A DNA stretch of 54,931 nt. Source: an uncultured Syntrophomonadaceae bacterium. GTDB taxonomy: Bacteria; Bacillota; Syntrophomonadia; Syntrophomonadales; Syntrophomonadaceae. The first letter of the stretch is position 1, and every line of letters starts with the position of its first letter. The stretch spans positions 1-54,931 of the forward strand of contig CAZLYH010000003.1 of the NCBI GenBank assembly GCA_964563775.1. Direction: 5' to 3'. Position numbers and translations under genes: made by a program. Of the stretch, positions 9,425 through 20,029 are shown piece by piece. The notes beneath the pieces are model-generated. The model was not told where the DNA came from. It saw nothing but the letters and a program-made list of their open reading frames with translations, and ran no database searches.

Positions 9425-10402
9425 TTAGCCCTGCAGCAATTCAGCCATGTAGGGTGCAAAATAGGTAATAATCAGGTCAGCTCCGGCCCGCTTAATGGAG
9501 GTCAATACCTCAGCAACCACCCGTTCCTCATCTATCCAGCCCTGCAGGGCGGCTGCCTTCACCATGGCATACTCGCCGCTGACGTTATAGGCCGCCGTCG
9601 GCATACCGAATTTATCTTTCACAGTACGAATGACATCCAAATAAGGCAAGGCCGGCTTCACCATCACGATGTCCGCCCCTTCCTCAATATCCAGTGCCAC
9701 TTCGCGCAAGGCTTCCCGGGCATTAGCCGGGTCCATCTGGTAGGTCTTGCGATCACCAAAACGCGGCGCTGATTCAGCCGCCTCCCGGAACGGTCCATAA
9801 AAGCTGGAGCAGTACTTGGCACTATAGGCCATGATGGGTACCTGCGTATAGCTGTTCTCATCCAGGCATTTGCGGATAGCGGCCACCCTACCGTCCATCA
9901 TATCCGACGGGGCTACCATGTCACATCCGGCCTGAACATGGGACAGGGCCTCCCGGGCCAGTAATTCCAGGGTGGCATCGTTGTTAACCACACCGTTGTC
10001 TTCTACCATTCCGCAATGACCATGATCGGTGTATTCGCACATACACACATCAGTAATCACCATTAAATCCGGGCAGCTGTCCTTGATAGCCCGAATCGCC
10101 CTCTGCACCTCGCCATGCCCCTGCCAGGCGGAACTACCTGCGGCATCCTTATGCTCCGGAATTCCAAACAGCAGCACGGCCGGTATTCCCAGTTGGTTTA
10201 CCCGGCGAGCCTCCTCTGCCACCAGGTCCACCGACAGCTGGCAGATTCCCGGCATGGAAGCAACTGGTATCTTCTTGTTCTGGCCATAGACCACAAAAAG
10301 CGGGTAGATCAAATCTTTTACGGTTAGTTCAGTTTCCCGGACCATAGACCGAACCGTCTGACTGGCCCGCAAACGGCGCATACGAGTAACTGGAAATGCC
10401 AT
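9425..10402 (-). CDS. hemB: porphobilinogen synthase (Zn-type)
   Basis: 325 aa. [14 protein letters not shown] zinc site and the active-site region [12 protein letters not shown]. Confidence 0.93.
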   Translation of the reverse strand: MAFPVTRMRRLRASQTVRSMVRETELTVKDLIYPLFVVYGQNKKIPVASMPGICQLSVDLVAEEARRVNQLGIPAVLLFGIPEHKDAAGSSAWQGHGEVQRAIRAIKDSCPDLMVITDVCMCEYTDHGHCGMVEDNGVVNNDATLELLAREALSHVQAGCDMVAPSDMMDGRVAAIRKCLDENSYTQVPIMAYSAKYCSSFYGPFREAAESAPRFGDRKTYQMDPANAREALREVALDIEEGADIVMVKPALPYLDVIRTVKDKFGMPTAAYNVSGEYAMVKAAALQGWIDEERVVAEVLTSIKRAGADLIITYFAPYMAELLQG

Positions 10403-10467
10403 AATACCCCTTCCTTTCTGCGGTTGTTGATGGAAACTAAAAGCCCAACAGCTGTGGCTTATACACC

Positions 10468-11652
10468 TTACGCCCTTTCCCTGGTTTCCTCCTCACTAAG
10501 ATAACAGGCTGGATCTTCGGCCCAGAGATCACCATAGACTGCCCGGGCGCGTATACGGCACCCGCTACACAAACTCTTGTAGCTGCATTGTCCACATTTT
10601 CCTTTTACGTGCTCTTCTTTATGGCGCAGTTTTACCATAAGTTCGTCGTCTCCAGTCCAAATCCGGCTAAACGGCTCTTCACGAACATTGCCCACCGTGT
10701 AATCCTGCCAGAACTGGCAGGGGTGTACATTCCCCCGAGGGTCTATATTGGCAAACTTGGTACCAGCCGAACAGCCCCCATGCATCCCCAGCAGGCGCAC
10801 CACCTCATCCACCCTTTGCGGGGCAAGTTTCTTAATGTAATTCAACAGGAAGATTCCATCGGCATGGTTGTCGGTGGTCATGATCTCCACCTCCACACCC
10901 TTTTCATGAAATTCCAGAGTTTTCTGGCAGATATACTCCAGGATGCGGCGTTTCTCCTCCCCGCCGATATCGGTCGCGGCCATTTCCTTGCCCCGGCCGG
11001 CGTAAACCAGGTGATACATGCAAAACCGGGGAATACCTTCCTTTTCAATAATGTCGAATACTTCCGGCAGGTCCATCTGGTTATGGCGGTTTACGGTAAA
11101 GCGAATACCAGTCTTCACTCCATTATCCATACAGGCCTTGATACCGCTGATAGCCTCGGCAAACGCCCCCGCTTTGTTGCGAAAAGTGTCATGGGTCCGT
11201 GGAGCCCCATCGATACTGACCCCCACATAGGAAAATCCGGCCGCCTTTATTTGACGGGCCACCGCATCGGTAATAAGAGTTCCGTTGCTGGAAATGACCG
11301 CCCGGATTCCTAACCCTACTGTCATCTCTCCCAGTTCAAAGAGGTCCTGGCGCAGCAGAGGTTCACCACCAGAAAAAAGCAAAACCGGCACTGTCATTTC
11401 CGCCAGGTCCTCAATCATCACCCGGGCTTCATCCGTGCTCAGTTCGTCATGATAACGCCGATCCTCGGCCTCAATATAGCAATGCTGGCAACGCAGGTTA
11501 CAGCGGTTGGTCATGTTCCAGACCACCAATGGGCGGTTAATATCCGAAAACTGCAAAAGCTGGGCAGGAACTTCCTGCCCTGAGCCCTGATAGCGAATAA
11601 CGTCGGATACGGTAGCAGTTCCGCAAAGAAGTTTGGTGCAACCTATCATCAA
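10468..11652 (-). CDS. ahbC: radical-SAM/SPASM enzyme of the NirJ/Ahb family; probably 12,18-didecarboxysiroheme deacetylase AhbC
   Basis: 394 aa. [15 protein letters not shown] motif and C-terminal [13 protein letters not shown]. The C versus D assignment is tentative. Confidence 0.6.
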   Translation of the reverse strand: MMIGCTKLLCGTATVSDVIRYQGSGQEVPAQLLQFSDINRPLVVWNMTNRCNLRCQHCYIEAEDRRYHDELSTDEARVMIEDLAEMTVPVLLFSGGEPLLRQDLFELGEMTVGLGIRAVISSNGTLITDAVARQIKAAGFSYVGVSIDGAPRTHDTFRNKAGAFAEAISGIKACMDNGVKTGIRFTVNRHNQMDLPEVFDIIEKEGIPRFCMYHLVYAGRGKEMAATDIGGEEKRRILEYICQKTLEFHEKGVEVEIMTTDNHADGIFLLNYIKKLAPQRVDEVVRLLGMHGGCSAGTKFANIDPRGNVHPCQFWQDYTVGNVREEPFSRIWTGDDELMVKLRHKEEHVKGKCGQCSYKSLCSGCRIRARAVYGDLWAEDPACYLSEEETRERA

Positions 11653-11699
11653 TCCTTCCCCCCGTTCAAGTATGATCCTCAGAAATCATTTAAACGTGA

Positions 11700-13232
11700 C
11701 TACCGGTGCAGCCCCGATTGGCTATCCTCCAGAATGGCCTCCACCAGACCATTAATGGTATACTCCCTGGCCGTTACAGCCACACTAAACCCCAAATCAT
11801 GAGCTTTCTGAGCGGTAACAGGGCCAATACACGCTACCCGGGCGGCCCGGTTAACCCGCCAGACGTTTTCCGGACCAATCATGGCAACAAAATTGCTTAC
11901 CGTTGATGAACTGGTAAAGGTCAGGTAGTCCACCTTTCCGTTCAGAATATCTTGCAGGTGTCTATGTTCACCCCGGGAGGTGGGAACCGCCTCATAAAGG
12001 ACCACTTCATTAACATGGACTCCCCAATTGCGCAGGGTCTCTGGTAAAATACCTCGCGCTCCCCGGGCCCGGGGAAGCAGAATCCATTCCCCCGGTGCAA
12101 TCAATTGTTTTAACTCCTCCAGTATCCCTTCCGCGCGATATTCTTCCGGAACCACCCTGACCTTGATGCCCCGTTTTTGAACCGCTTGGCGGGTAGCCGG
12201 TCCGATGGCGGCAATATGAATATCTTTAAGATCACGGATATCCATGTCGAGATTGTCTAACTCCGCAAAAAAGATTTCCACCGCATTCACGCTGGTAAAA
12301 ATAATCCACTGGTAATGGTTAATGTTTTTCAGAGCGTTATAAAGTGGTCCCAGATTCTCTTCCCGGCGAATTTCTATGGACGGAAACTCGATTGGCTGCC
12401 CCCCCAGTTCCAGGATGGCCTCTACCAGTACACTGGCCTGAGCTCGGGCACGGGTCACCATTATCTTCTTCCCCCACAGGGGTTTATTCTCCAGCCATTT
12501 CAATTCCTCGCGCAGACTGACGACCTCACCCACCACGATGACTGCGGGCGGCCGAAAGGATTTCTCTTCCACCCGGCGCACAATGTTATCCAGTCGTCCC
12601 GTTAAAACTTCCTGTTCCGGCAGGGTCCCCCAGCGGATCAGAGCTACCGGTGTAGCCGGATCACGGCCGTTATTAATCAGGCTTTCACATATAAAAGGAA
12701 GATTCTCCACTCCCATGAGAAAAACCAGGGTACCTATCCCGCCGGCCAATTCCTTCCATTTGATGGAGCTTACCGCCTTATCCGGCTTTTCGTGGCCGGT
12801 AACTACCGCGAAACTGGAAGTGGCCTCCCGATGGGTTACGGGAATGCCAGCATAAGCAGGAACGGCCAGGGCCGAGGTAATACCAGGTATTACCTCAAAA
12901 TCGATACCATTCTGGCGAAGGTAAAGGGCCTCCTCCCCGCCCCGCCCAAACAGAAAAGGATCGCCCCCTTTGAGGCGGACTACTATTTTCCCTTCCCGGG
13001 CCTGCCGTACCAGTAATTCATTGATCTCTTCCTGAGCCAGGGCATGTCTCCCTGATTCTTTACCAACATAAATAAATTTTGCTTGTAAGCCGGCCATATC
13101 CAGAATCTGTTCTCCAACCAGGCGGTCATAAACGACCACCTCGGCCTTTTCCAGCACCTTTTTACCCTTGAGGGTAAAAAGTCCGGGATCGCCCGGACCC
13201 GCGCCCACCAGATAAACCAGACCTTTTTTCAT
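11700..13232 (-). CDS. cobA/hemD: bifunctional uroporphyrinogen-III C-methyltransferase / uroporphyrinogen-III synthase
   Basis: 510 aa. N-terminal SUMT signature VYLVGAGPGDPGLFTLKG. The C-terminal ~250 aa are HemD-like. Confidence 0.88.
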   Translation of the reverse strand: MKKGLVYLVGAGPGDPGLFTLKGKKVLEKAEVVVYDRLVGEQILDMAGLQAKFIYVGKESGRHALAQEEINELLVRQAREGKIVVRLKGGDPFLFGRGGEEALYLRQNGIDFEVIPGITSALAVPAYAGIPVTHREATSSFAVVTGHEKPDKAVSSIKWKELAGGIGTLVFLMGVENLPFICESLINNGRDPATPVALIRWGTLPEQEVLTGRLDNIVRRVEEKSFRPPAVIVVGEVVSLREELKWLENKPLWGKKIMVTRARAQASVLVEAILELGGQPIEFPSIEIRREENLGPLYNALKNINHYQWIIFTSVNAVEIFFAELDNLDMDIRDLKDIHIAAIGPATRQAVQKRGIKVRVVPEEYRAEGILEELKQLIAPGEWILLPRARGARGILPETLRNWGVHVNEVVLYEAVPTSRGEHRHLQDILNGKVDYLTFTSSSTVSNFVAMIGPENVWRVNRAARVACIGPVTAQKAHDLGFSVAVTAREYTINGLVEAILEDSQSGLHR

Positions 13233-13234
13233 CT

Positions 13235-14173
13235 TTATTTCTCTCCTGCCAGGTGGATATTCTCCAGTATTTCCCTGGCCCCCCGTTCTTTTAGTTGGGC
13301 GGCAAGTTCTATGCCAGCTATCTTTGCGCCGGCCCGGCCAACAGTCTTTTGGCCTCTTATCACCTGCTTGCCATCCAGGGAAGCCACCAGACCCTGCAAA
13401 AGGAGTTGGCTGCCATTAACCCTGCCCAGACAGGCAATGGGTACCTGACAACCGCCCTCCAGTTCCCGGAGAAAGGCTCGTTCGGCTATTACTTCCGCCT
13501 CGGTTTCTTCACTTTTGATTGCTTGCAGAAGTTCCCGGGTATGGTTATCGTTTTCTCTTATTTCCACCGCAATGGCCCCCTGCCCGACCGCAGGAAGCAT
13601 AATATCGGGAGGCAATACCTGGGTGATGGCTGCTTCCAGGCCCAGACGGCTCAAACCTGCACAGGCCAGTACAATAGCATCCAACCCCTGTTCCTCCATT
13701 TTGCGAATGCGAGTCTCCACATTACCACGGATATCGACTACCTTAAGATCGGGACGGTATGCCTTCAACTGGGCTATCCGCCGTAAGCTGGATGAGCCAA
13801 TCACCGCCCCTGCGGGCAGCTCATGCAGATGTTTCCCGCTCCGGGATAGCAGAACGTCAGCGGGATTAGCCCTGGGCAGAACAGCTGCCAGCACCAATCC
13901 TGGAGGCAACTCTGACGGCAAGTCCTTAAGACTATGCACAGCCAAGTCAATTTCCCCCCTTAGCAAAGCCTGTTCAATCTCCCGGGTAAACAGACCCTTG
14001 TCCCCGATCCGTGATAGCGCCACATCCAGCACCTTATCACCGGTAGTGCGAATTACAGATATATTAACCGACAAATTCCGGTGAGTACCGGTTAGTCGGC
14101 TGGCCACCTCCTCGGCCTGGTGAAGAGCCAGATTACTGCCTCTGGTTCCTAATCTCAAGGTTTGTGTAAGCAT
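13235..14173 (-). CDS. hemC: hydroxymethylbilane synthase (porphobilinogen deaminase)
   Basis: 312 aa. RLGTRGSNLALHQA N-terminus. Overlaps the hemA 3' end by 41 nt. Confidence 0.92.
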   Translation of the reverse strand: MLTQTLRLGTRGSNLALHQAEEVASRLTGTHRNLSVNISVIRTTGDKVLDVALSRIGDKGLFTREIEQALLRGEIDLAVHSLKDLPSELPPGLVLAAVLPRANPADVLLSRSGKHLHELPAGAVIGSSSLRRIAQLKAYRPDLKVVDIRGNVETRIRKMEEQGLDAIVLACAGLSRLGLEAAITQVLPPDIMLPAVGQGAIAVEIRENDNHTRELLQAIKSEETEAEVIAERAFLRELEGGCQVPIACLGRVNGSQLLLQGLVASLDGKQVIRGQKTVGRAGAKIAGIELAAQLKERGAREILENIHLAGEK

Positions 14174-15452
14174 ATTGATCCTCAGGTTCGGCCTGCAGGT
14201 CGAACAGCTTTTTTACCATCTCTGCATATAGATGTCCCTGGTTGGTGATAGCCATATCCTTTAAAGTGACAATGGGTTGATGCAGGATTTGGTTGACGAT
14301 GGAATTGGCCAGGGAGGCGATAATCTTCTCCTCCCGGGGTGAGACATTACCCAGCCGATTCATGGCCCGCTGGAGTTCGCTTTCCTTAATACGCGCCCCC
14401 AATGCCTTAAGATCGGCTATGACCGGCACTACGTAAAGCGTAGCCAGCCATTCGTTAAAGCGGATTATTTCCCGGGAAATAATTCTTTCGGCCTCATGGA
14501 TGGCTTGCTGTCTCTCCACTTCGTTCAATTCCACCACACCCTGGAGATCATCAATGTCATAGATGTCCACACCCGCAATTGCAGTCAGAGCCGGATCTAT
14601 GTCCCGGGGCACAGCAATATCCACCAGGATAATCTTGCGGCCATTTCTTGCCGACAAAACGGAGGCACAATTGTCAGAGTGGATTACATAATGGCTGGCG
14701 GCAGTACAACTAATCACAATATCTGCCCGTCCCAGCTCCACAGGAAGCTCTTCAAAGCGAATCGCCTTGCCGTTAAAACGGGCAGCCATATCTGCAGCTT
14801 TATCAAAGGAACGATTGGATACAATTACGGATTGCACTCCGTTGGTCATCAGGTGGCGGGTGGTTAACTCACTCATTTCCCCCGCACCAACCACCATGAC
14901 CGTCTTTCCGGCCAATGTACCCAGGCTCTGGCGAGCCAGCTCCACAGCAGCATAACTAACTGAAAGGGGGAGTTTTTCCAGACTGGTTTGCGTACGAACC
15001 TTTTTCCCCACCCTGATTGCCTTTTGAAAAAGGACGTTCAATATCGGATCGGAGACTTCCATCTCCAAGGCCAGCTGGTAAGCTTCTTTAACCTGGCCTA
15101 TAATCTGGGACTCCCCCACAATCATTGAATCCAGCCCGGCAGCCACGCGAAAGATGTGCAGAATAGCGTCGTGGCAATTAGGTTGGTAAATATACTTATC
15201 CAGTTCGCTGGATTCCATCCCCGACAACTCAACCAGAAAATTTCGTAAAGACTGCATTCCCGGCTCGATATCCCGGGCGGTGGCATAGACCTCGGTACGG
15301 TTACAGGTTGACAGTATGACAGCTCCCTCAATATCCGGGCAGCTTTTTAGCCGGGCATAAGCTCGCTTGAAGCCGCCGGCGGAAATAGCCAACCTCTCCC
15401 GCACCTCCACCGGAGCAGTCTGATGACTTACTCCTGCCAGGAGGACATACAT
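14133..15452 (-). CDS. hemA: glutamyl-tRNA reductase
   Basis: 439 aa. LSTCNRTEVY catalytic Cys motif and GAGEMSEL NADPH fold. Confidence 0.93.
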   Translation of the reverse strand: MYVLLAGVSHQTAPVEVRERLAISAGGFKRAYARLKSCPDIEGAVILSTCNRTEVYATARDIEPGMQSLRNFLVELSGMESSELDKYIYQPNCHDAILHIFRVAAGLDSMIVGESQIIGQVKEAYQLALEMEVSDPILNVLFQKAIRVGKKVRTQTSLEKLPLSVSYAAVELARQSLGTLAGKTVMVVGAGEMSELTTRHLMTNGVQSVIVSNRSFDKAADMAARFNGKAIRFEELPVELGRADIVISCTAASHYVIHSDNCASVLSARNGRKIILVDIAVPRDIDPALTAIAGVDIYDIDDLQGVVELNEVERQQAIHEAERIISREIIRFNEWLATLYVVPVIADLKALGARIKESELQRAMNRLGNVSPREEKIIASLANSIVNQILHQPIVTLKDMAITNQGHLYAEMVKKLFDLQAEPEDQYAYTNLEIRNQRQ

Positions 15453-16069
15453 TTTTCCACCCGCTCCCTCACCTTTTCAATATCCCCCACTTCAACCAAT
15501 GCCAAAATTTCCGGTGTTACCAGACTAGCAAACAACTGGCGCCGTTTGTCGATATCGGGAATGGTGGCTTTAATATAGTCACGCTTTTCCCCTAGAATCT
15601 CGACATACTCGCCATAGGCCCTATTTACAACTTCGCCCAGCCGATCGCGTAACCTTCGGGCCAATAAAGGACTTTTTCCCTCGGTGGAAATGGCCAATAC
15701 CAGCGAATCACGTCTCAATACCGCCGGTAGAAAAAAATCACAGTTAGGCGGATCGTCAACCGCATTTACGGGTATGCCTGTTTCCCGACACCAGTTAACC
15801 ACGGTTTGGTTGACCACCATATCATCCGTAGCCACAAAAACCAGGCTCATACCGGCCAGGTCGGTTTTTTTGGCCTCCCGCTCCAGGAGATAAATTCTAC
15901 CCTCGTTTGCCCAGCATCGAATATCGTCTTCCGCACCCGGACTAACCACAGTAATGGAAGTGCCACAGGCAAACAAGTCTTCCACCTTGCGCCGGGCAAC
16001 CTTGCCCCCACCTATGACGAGACACTTTTTTCCTTCGAGGTTAAGGAAAACTGGAAATAGATGCGACAT
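15428..16069 (-). CDS. sirC: precorrin-2 dehydrogenase / sirohydrochlorin ferrochelatase (CysG N-domain/SirC type)
   Basis: 213 aa. FPVFLNLEGKKCLVIGGGKVARRKV Rossmann N-terminus. First gene of the heme operon. Confidence 0.8.
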   Translation of the reverse strand: MSHLFPVFLNLEGKKCLVIGGGKVARRKVEDLFACGTSITVVSPGAEDDIRCWANEGRIYLLEREAKKTDLAGMSLVFVATDDMVVNQTVVNWCRETGIPVNAVDDPPNCDFFLPAVLRRDSLVLAISTEGKSPLLARRLRDRLGEVVNRAYGEYVEILGEKRDYIKATIPDIDKRRQLFASLVTPEILALVEVGDIEKVRERVEKCMSSWQE

Positions 16070-16088
16070 TACTACTCCTCGTACATTC

Positions 16089-16117
16089 TAAAAAAAAAGG
16101 TCTGTCCACAGACCTTA
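16089..16117 (-). terminator. intrinsic terminator after tatA
   Basis: Minus strand reads AAGGTCTG-TGGA-CAGACCTT followed by T9. The stem overlaps the tatA stop codon. Confidence 0.85.
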
Positions 16118-16297
16118 TTTATCCACCTTCTCCTCCAGTTCGTCAAACTCCTCCTCCTTGGCCTTGCGGAAGTTTTGCAGTGCTTTCCCCATGGACTGCC
16201 CAACCTGGGGCAACTTTCCCGGGCCAACAATAATCAAAACAATAGCCAGAACCAAAATCAGTTCCCATGGTCCGATGTTACCGATAAAGCCCAACAC
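16115..16297 (-). CDS. tatA: twin-arginine translocase subunit TatA/E
   Basis: 60 aa. GPWELILVLAIVLIIVGPGKLP, then an amphipathic helix and an acidic tail. Confidence 0.9.
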   Translation of the reverse strand: MLGFIGNIGPWELILVLAIVLIIVGPGKLPQVGQSMGKALQNFRKAKEEEFDELEEKVDK

Positions 16298-16440
16298 ATT
16301 GCTCCCTCCTTTACTAAAACCTACTCCCTACTTGGAAACGCGCCATTGCTTGCGTTTTAACCCCCATTCTCACTGATATTATGACAAATAGCCTCTGCTT
16401 TGTAAAGGACATGCCAGCCTGCGGCCTACCTCTGTTTCAC

Positions 16441-17208
16441 CTATTCTGCCGGCTCAGTTTCCAACTCCTGATAACCTCTGGGCTTGACCATTTTTGCCAC
16501 CCAGACACTGATTTCATAAAGCAGATACACCGGACCAGCCATCAGCATCTGCGAAAAGGGATCCGGTCCCGGGGTTAGGACGGCCGCCAGGATTACAATT
16601 GCCAGCAGGGCATACTTTCTGTTGCGGGCCATGGCTTCATAGCTTATCCACCCCATTTTGCGCAGGAAAAAAACCACCACCGGGAGTTGAAAAACCAGGC
16701 CAAAAGGCAGCGTAAAAGCAGTGACAAAAGATACATACTGGTCGACTTTAAACATGGTATCCAGGTTTTCGCCAGCAATATAAATGAAAAAGTTCAGCAC
16801 CAATCGCAAAATACCAAAGTAGGCAAAAAGAACTCCCCCCACAAATAGTCCCACACTAACGGGAAAGAGTCCATAGATGTACTTGCGCTCATGGGGGTAG
16901 AGGGCTGGTTTGAAGAACCGCCATATCGACCAGACAACAACAGGAAAAGCCAGCACAAAACCGCCATAGAAGGCCAGCTTCAATTTAACAAAGAAGGCCT
17001 CGGTTACCCCGGTTACCACCAGGTTTTCATTCAAAGACCGTAACGGCTCGGTAATAATAGCCAGGATTTGCTCGCTGTAGTAAAAACAGAAAACAGCCGC
17101 TGCAACAATGGCAATGAGGCTCACAATCAGGGACACCCGCAATGCTTCCAGGTGCTCAATAATGGTCTGTTTGTCCTCGGCTGAAAGTTCCTTCAATGCC
17201 AAAACCAC
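16441..17208 (-). CDS. tatC: twin-arginine translocase subunit TatC
   Basis: 255 aa. Six-TM pattern, with HLEALRVSLI near the N-terminus and a PGPD motif. Confidence 0.9.
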   Translation of the reverse strand: MVLALKELSAEDKQTIIEHLEALRVSLIVSLIAIVAAAVFCFYYSEQILAIITEPLRSLNENLVVTGVTEAFFVKLKLAFYGGFVLAFPVVVWSIWRFFKPALYPHERKYIYGLFPVSVGLFVGGVLFAYFGILRLVLNFFIYIAGENLDTMFKVDQYVSFVTAFTLPFGLVFQLPVVVFFLRKMGWISYEAMARNRKYALLAIVILAAVLTPGPDPFSQMLMAGPVYLLYEISVWVAKMVKPRGYQELETEPAE

Positions 17209-17266
17209 TTCACCCTCTACCCATTAAAGTATTCCATCGCCCATTGTCCACCAATCAGCCCCGTTA

Positions 17267-18235
17267 CTAATAGTCGCGATCAAGAATAAAATCTGTCAGC
17301 TCATAAAAGGTATTTCGGATCGGCACGTCAGGAAGAAGCCCGAGCTGCCGCCGCGCCTTTTCCGCAAAATGCTGGGTTACAGCATAGGCATAATCTATCC
17401 CATCTGAATCAAGGACAATATCTATAATTCGCTCCGGCCGCTCCAGGCAGGCCTGCGGTGATGAAAGCAAGGTTGATAATTCTTGTCGCTCACGACTGTA
17501 TTTGAGTGCGTATAGGGAAGGCAAGGTGATGATACCCTGACGAATGTCACTGCCCGTAGGCTTGCCCAGGGTTTTTTCGTCGGCTACAAAATCCAGGATA
17601 TCATCGGTAATCTGAAAACCCATCCCCAAATAATAACCATAGTTCTTCAAAGCGTCAATTTCCGTCAGGGAGGCCCCGCAAATCATAGCTCCCAGTTCGC
17701 AGCTTACAGAAATAAGCAGAGCGGTTTTTCTCTCAATACGGCGCAGGTAATTTTTGAGTCCCAGAGACACGTCATAACAACTTAACATTTGCACGATTTC
17801 GCCCTCGCAGATTTGCATACTGGCGCGGGCAATCACGTCTGTTACTTCGGAACGACAGTAAGATGCTATGATAGCCATCGCCTGCGCGAATATATAGTTT
17901 CCAGCATAGAGGGAAACCCGATTTCCCCAGGCACTCTTTACGGTAGCCGTTCCCCGCCTGGTATCGGAATTATCAATCACATCGTCATGTACCAGGGTAG
18001 CCATGTGAATCAGTTCCAGGGCCACTGCCAGGGGAATGACCTCGGAGACTTCTTCCTGGAAAACCCGGGCTGCCAACAAAGCGAAGGCAGGCCGCAACCG
18101 CTTCCCTCCCGCCTTAATGAGATGTGCCGAGGCCTCGTCCAGCAGAGGCAGCCCACTATTAATATTGGTGGAAAGCTGTTTTTCCACCAGATTTAGCTCT
18201 TTTTCGATCGGTGCAAAGAAGCCGAAAGATGACAT
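17267..18235 (-). CDS. long-chain trans-polyprenyl diphosphate synthase, catalytic subunit
   Basis: 322 aa. Both Asp-rich motifs are present: LVHDDVIDNSDTRRG and FQITDDILDF. Confidence 0.88.
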   Translation of the reverse strand: MSSFGFFAPIEKELNLVEKQLSTNINSGLPLLDEASAHLIKAGGKRLRPAFALLAARVFQEEVSEVIPLAVALELIHMATLVHDDVIDNSDTRRGTATVKSAWGNRVSLYAGNYIFAQAMAIIASYCRSEVTDVIARASMQICEGEIVQMLSCYDVSLGLKNYLRRIERKTALLISVSCELGAMICGASLTEIDALKNYGYYLGMGFQITDDILDFVADEKTLGKPTGSDIRQGIITLPSLYALKYSRERQELSTLLSSPQACLERPERIIDIVLDSDGIDYAYAVTQHFAEKARRQLGLLPDVPIRNTFYELTDFILDRDY

Positions 18236-18478
18236 GTTCTACCCCTCATAAACCTGGTTACGGACCAATCCGCGAACCACTGCCTGTGGCAGCCACCATA
18301 TCCATCTTAATATTCGACCTGAAAGGGGTGAAACCCTTTCCCATTCATTGATTCTTTGATTCCGCTGCGAAAAGTTTTAAGGTCCTGGTTGGGGTTGACA
18401 AATACTCCATGGTCACGCCCCTGCATATATATACATCCGCATATGGTTTGTGCAGTAGTATTATTCCTCAGATTTCTT

Positions 18479-19075
18479 TTACTGCCGATAGCGCGCAAAC
18501 AACTGATGGGAAATCCCCATATTATCCAGCACTTTCCCCACCACAAAATCGACCATGTCACCCAGGTTCATAGGGCCATGATAAAAGCCAGGCATAGCAG
18601 GGATAACATGTGCGCCCAATTCCGATAGGGTTAGCATGTTGCGCAGGTGAATACTGTTTAAAGGTGTTTCCCGGGGAACTACCAGCAGAGGCCGCCGCTC
18701 TTTCAGTGCTACATCGGCGGCCCGTTCGATCAGGGTCCTGGCACTGCCGTGGGCAATGGCCGAAAGAGTAGCCATAGTGCAAGGTATAACCACCATCCCA
18801 CTATTCAGGAAAGACCCGCTGGCTGGCAGGGCGGCAATATCATCGTTGTCATAAATCACCAGATCCGGTTGCGAAAAATGCTGCCGCAAGGCCTCCCCCA
18901 GCCCCACTTGCAGATCCCATCCCAATTCCTGTTCCATAACCAGAGCCCCGGCCTCACTTACAATGAGGTGCACTTGCCTCCCGCTTTTTAACAGCTCCTC
19001 CACCAGCCGCACCCCATAGATAACCCCGCTGGCTCCGGTAATAGCCACTACCCAATTGCTCGAGGATCTATCCAT
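18479..19075 (-). CDS. ubiX: flavin prenyltransferase UbiX family
   Basis: 198 aa. VVAITGASGVIYGVRLVEEL N-terminus. Confidence 0.88.
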   Translation of the reverse strand: MDRSSSNWVVAITGASGVIYGVRLVEELLKSGRQVHLIVSEAGALVMEQELGWDLQVGLGEALRQHFSQPDLVIYDNDDIAALPASGSFLNSGMVVIPCTMATLSAIAHGSARTLIERAADVALKERRPLLVVPRETPLNSIHLRNMLTLSELGAHVIPAMPGFYHGPMNLGDMVDFVVGKVLDNMGISHQLFARYRQ

Positions 19076-19168
19076 GACCTTGTCCTCCTTGTTTTTCCCG
19101 ATAGCCAGGTAAATTCGACATTATAACAAACTCTCTTCGTCTTCGCCGATAAACCAGGTTTACTGCAA

Positions 19169-20029
19169 CTAAAGGAAAATGTCTGCCAGACTGGCCGCAA
19201 AAATAATCAGACCAACATAGCGGTTTATTTTAAACGAGGCAAAATTAACCCGGCTCAAATCGCCGGGACGTACCAGCACATGTTCATAAATCAGAACCAG
19301 GGACGCAAAAGCCACTCCGGTATAATACCAGCTTCCCAGTTTCAGTGCCAGGCCATTCCCAATCAGAAATAACACGGTAAAGAGGTGAAAAGCGGCGGAA
19401 AACACCAGTGCTCCTTTTTCCCCGAAACGGGCCGGGATGGAGAATAACCCCTGTGTCCGGTCAAATTCAATATCCTGGCAGGCATACATGGTATCAAAAC
19501 CTGCAATCCAACAGGCTACCGCCAGCCCCAGAATTAAAGGCTGCCATGCCAGGGTTCCGGTCACCGCGATCCAGGCTCCTACCGGCCCCATGCCAATAGC
19601 CAGCCCCAATATCAAATGGCACCACCAGGTAAAGCGCTTGGTGTAGGAATAACCCCACAGAATAATGACCGCCAGTGGGGATAGCTTTAGACAAAGGGGG
19701 TTGAGGCGAGCGGCAGAGAAAAACAGCAGGAACAAAAAGACGAACACCAGTACCCAAATCCACATTACGGGCAGCTTGCCGGCGGGCAGTATCCATCCAG
19801 TTGTACGCGGATTGGCCCGGTCAAATTCCAGATCAATAAGACGATTCAGGCACAGAGCGGCAGAACGGGCCGCCACCATGGCAACGGTTATCCATAGCAG
19901 CTGCTCAGCAGTGGGCAGGCCCCGGACCGCCAGAAATGCCCCTAGATAAGCAAAAGGTAATCCGAAGAGAGTATGCCCGAAATCGATTAATTGCAGAAAA
20001 TTCTTTATCCTAGTCAAGTCCGTATTCAC
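19169..20029 (-). CDS. UbiA-family aromatic prenyltransferase (4-hydroxybenzoate- or MqnP-type)
   Basis: 286 aa polytopic protein. NRLIDLEFDRANPRT (NxxxDxxxD) motif. Confidence 0.85.
   Translation of the reverse strand: MNTDLTRIKNFLQLIDFGHTLFGLPFAYLGAFLAVRGLPTAEQLLWITVAMVAARSAALCLNRLIDLEFDRANPRTTGWILPAGKLPVMWIWVLVFVFLFLLFFSAARLNPLCLKLSPLAVIILWGYSYTKRFTWWCHLILGLAIGMGPVGAWIAVTGTLAWQPLILGLAVACWIAGFDTMYACQDIEFDRTQGLFSIPARFGEKGALVFSAAFHLFTVLFLIGNGLALKLGSWYYTGVAFASLVLIYEHVLVRPGDLSRVNFASFKINRYVGLIIFAASLADIFL

Noticed and set aside
16061-16376. Plus-strand ORFs of 99 and 72 aa overlapping tatA
   Set aside because: They are antisense to a textbook TatA ORF and run across its terminator, with no translation signals.
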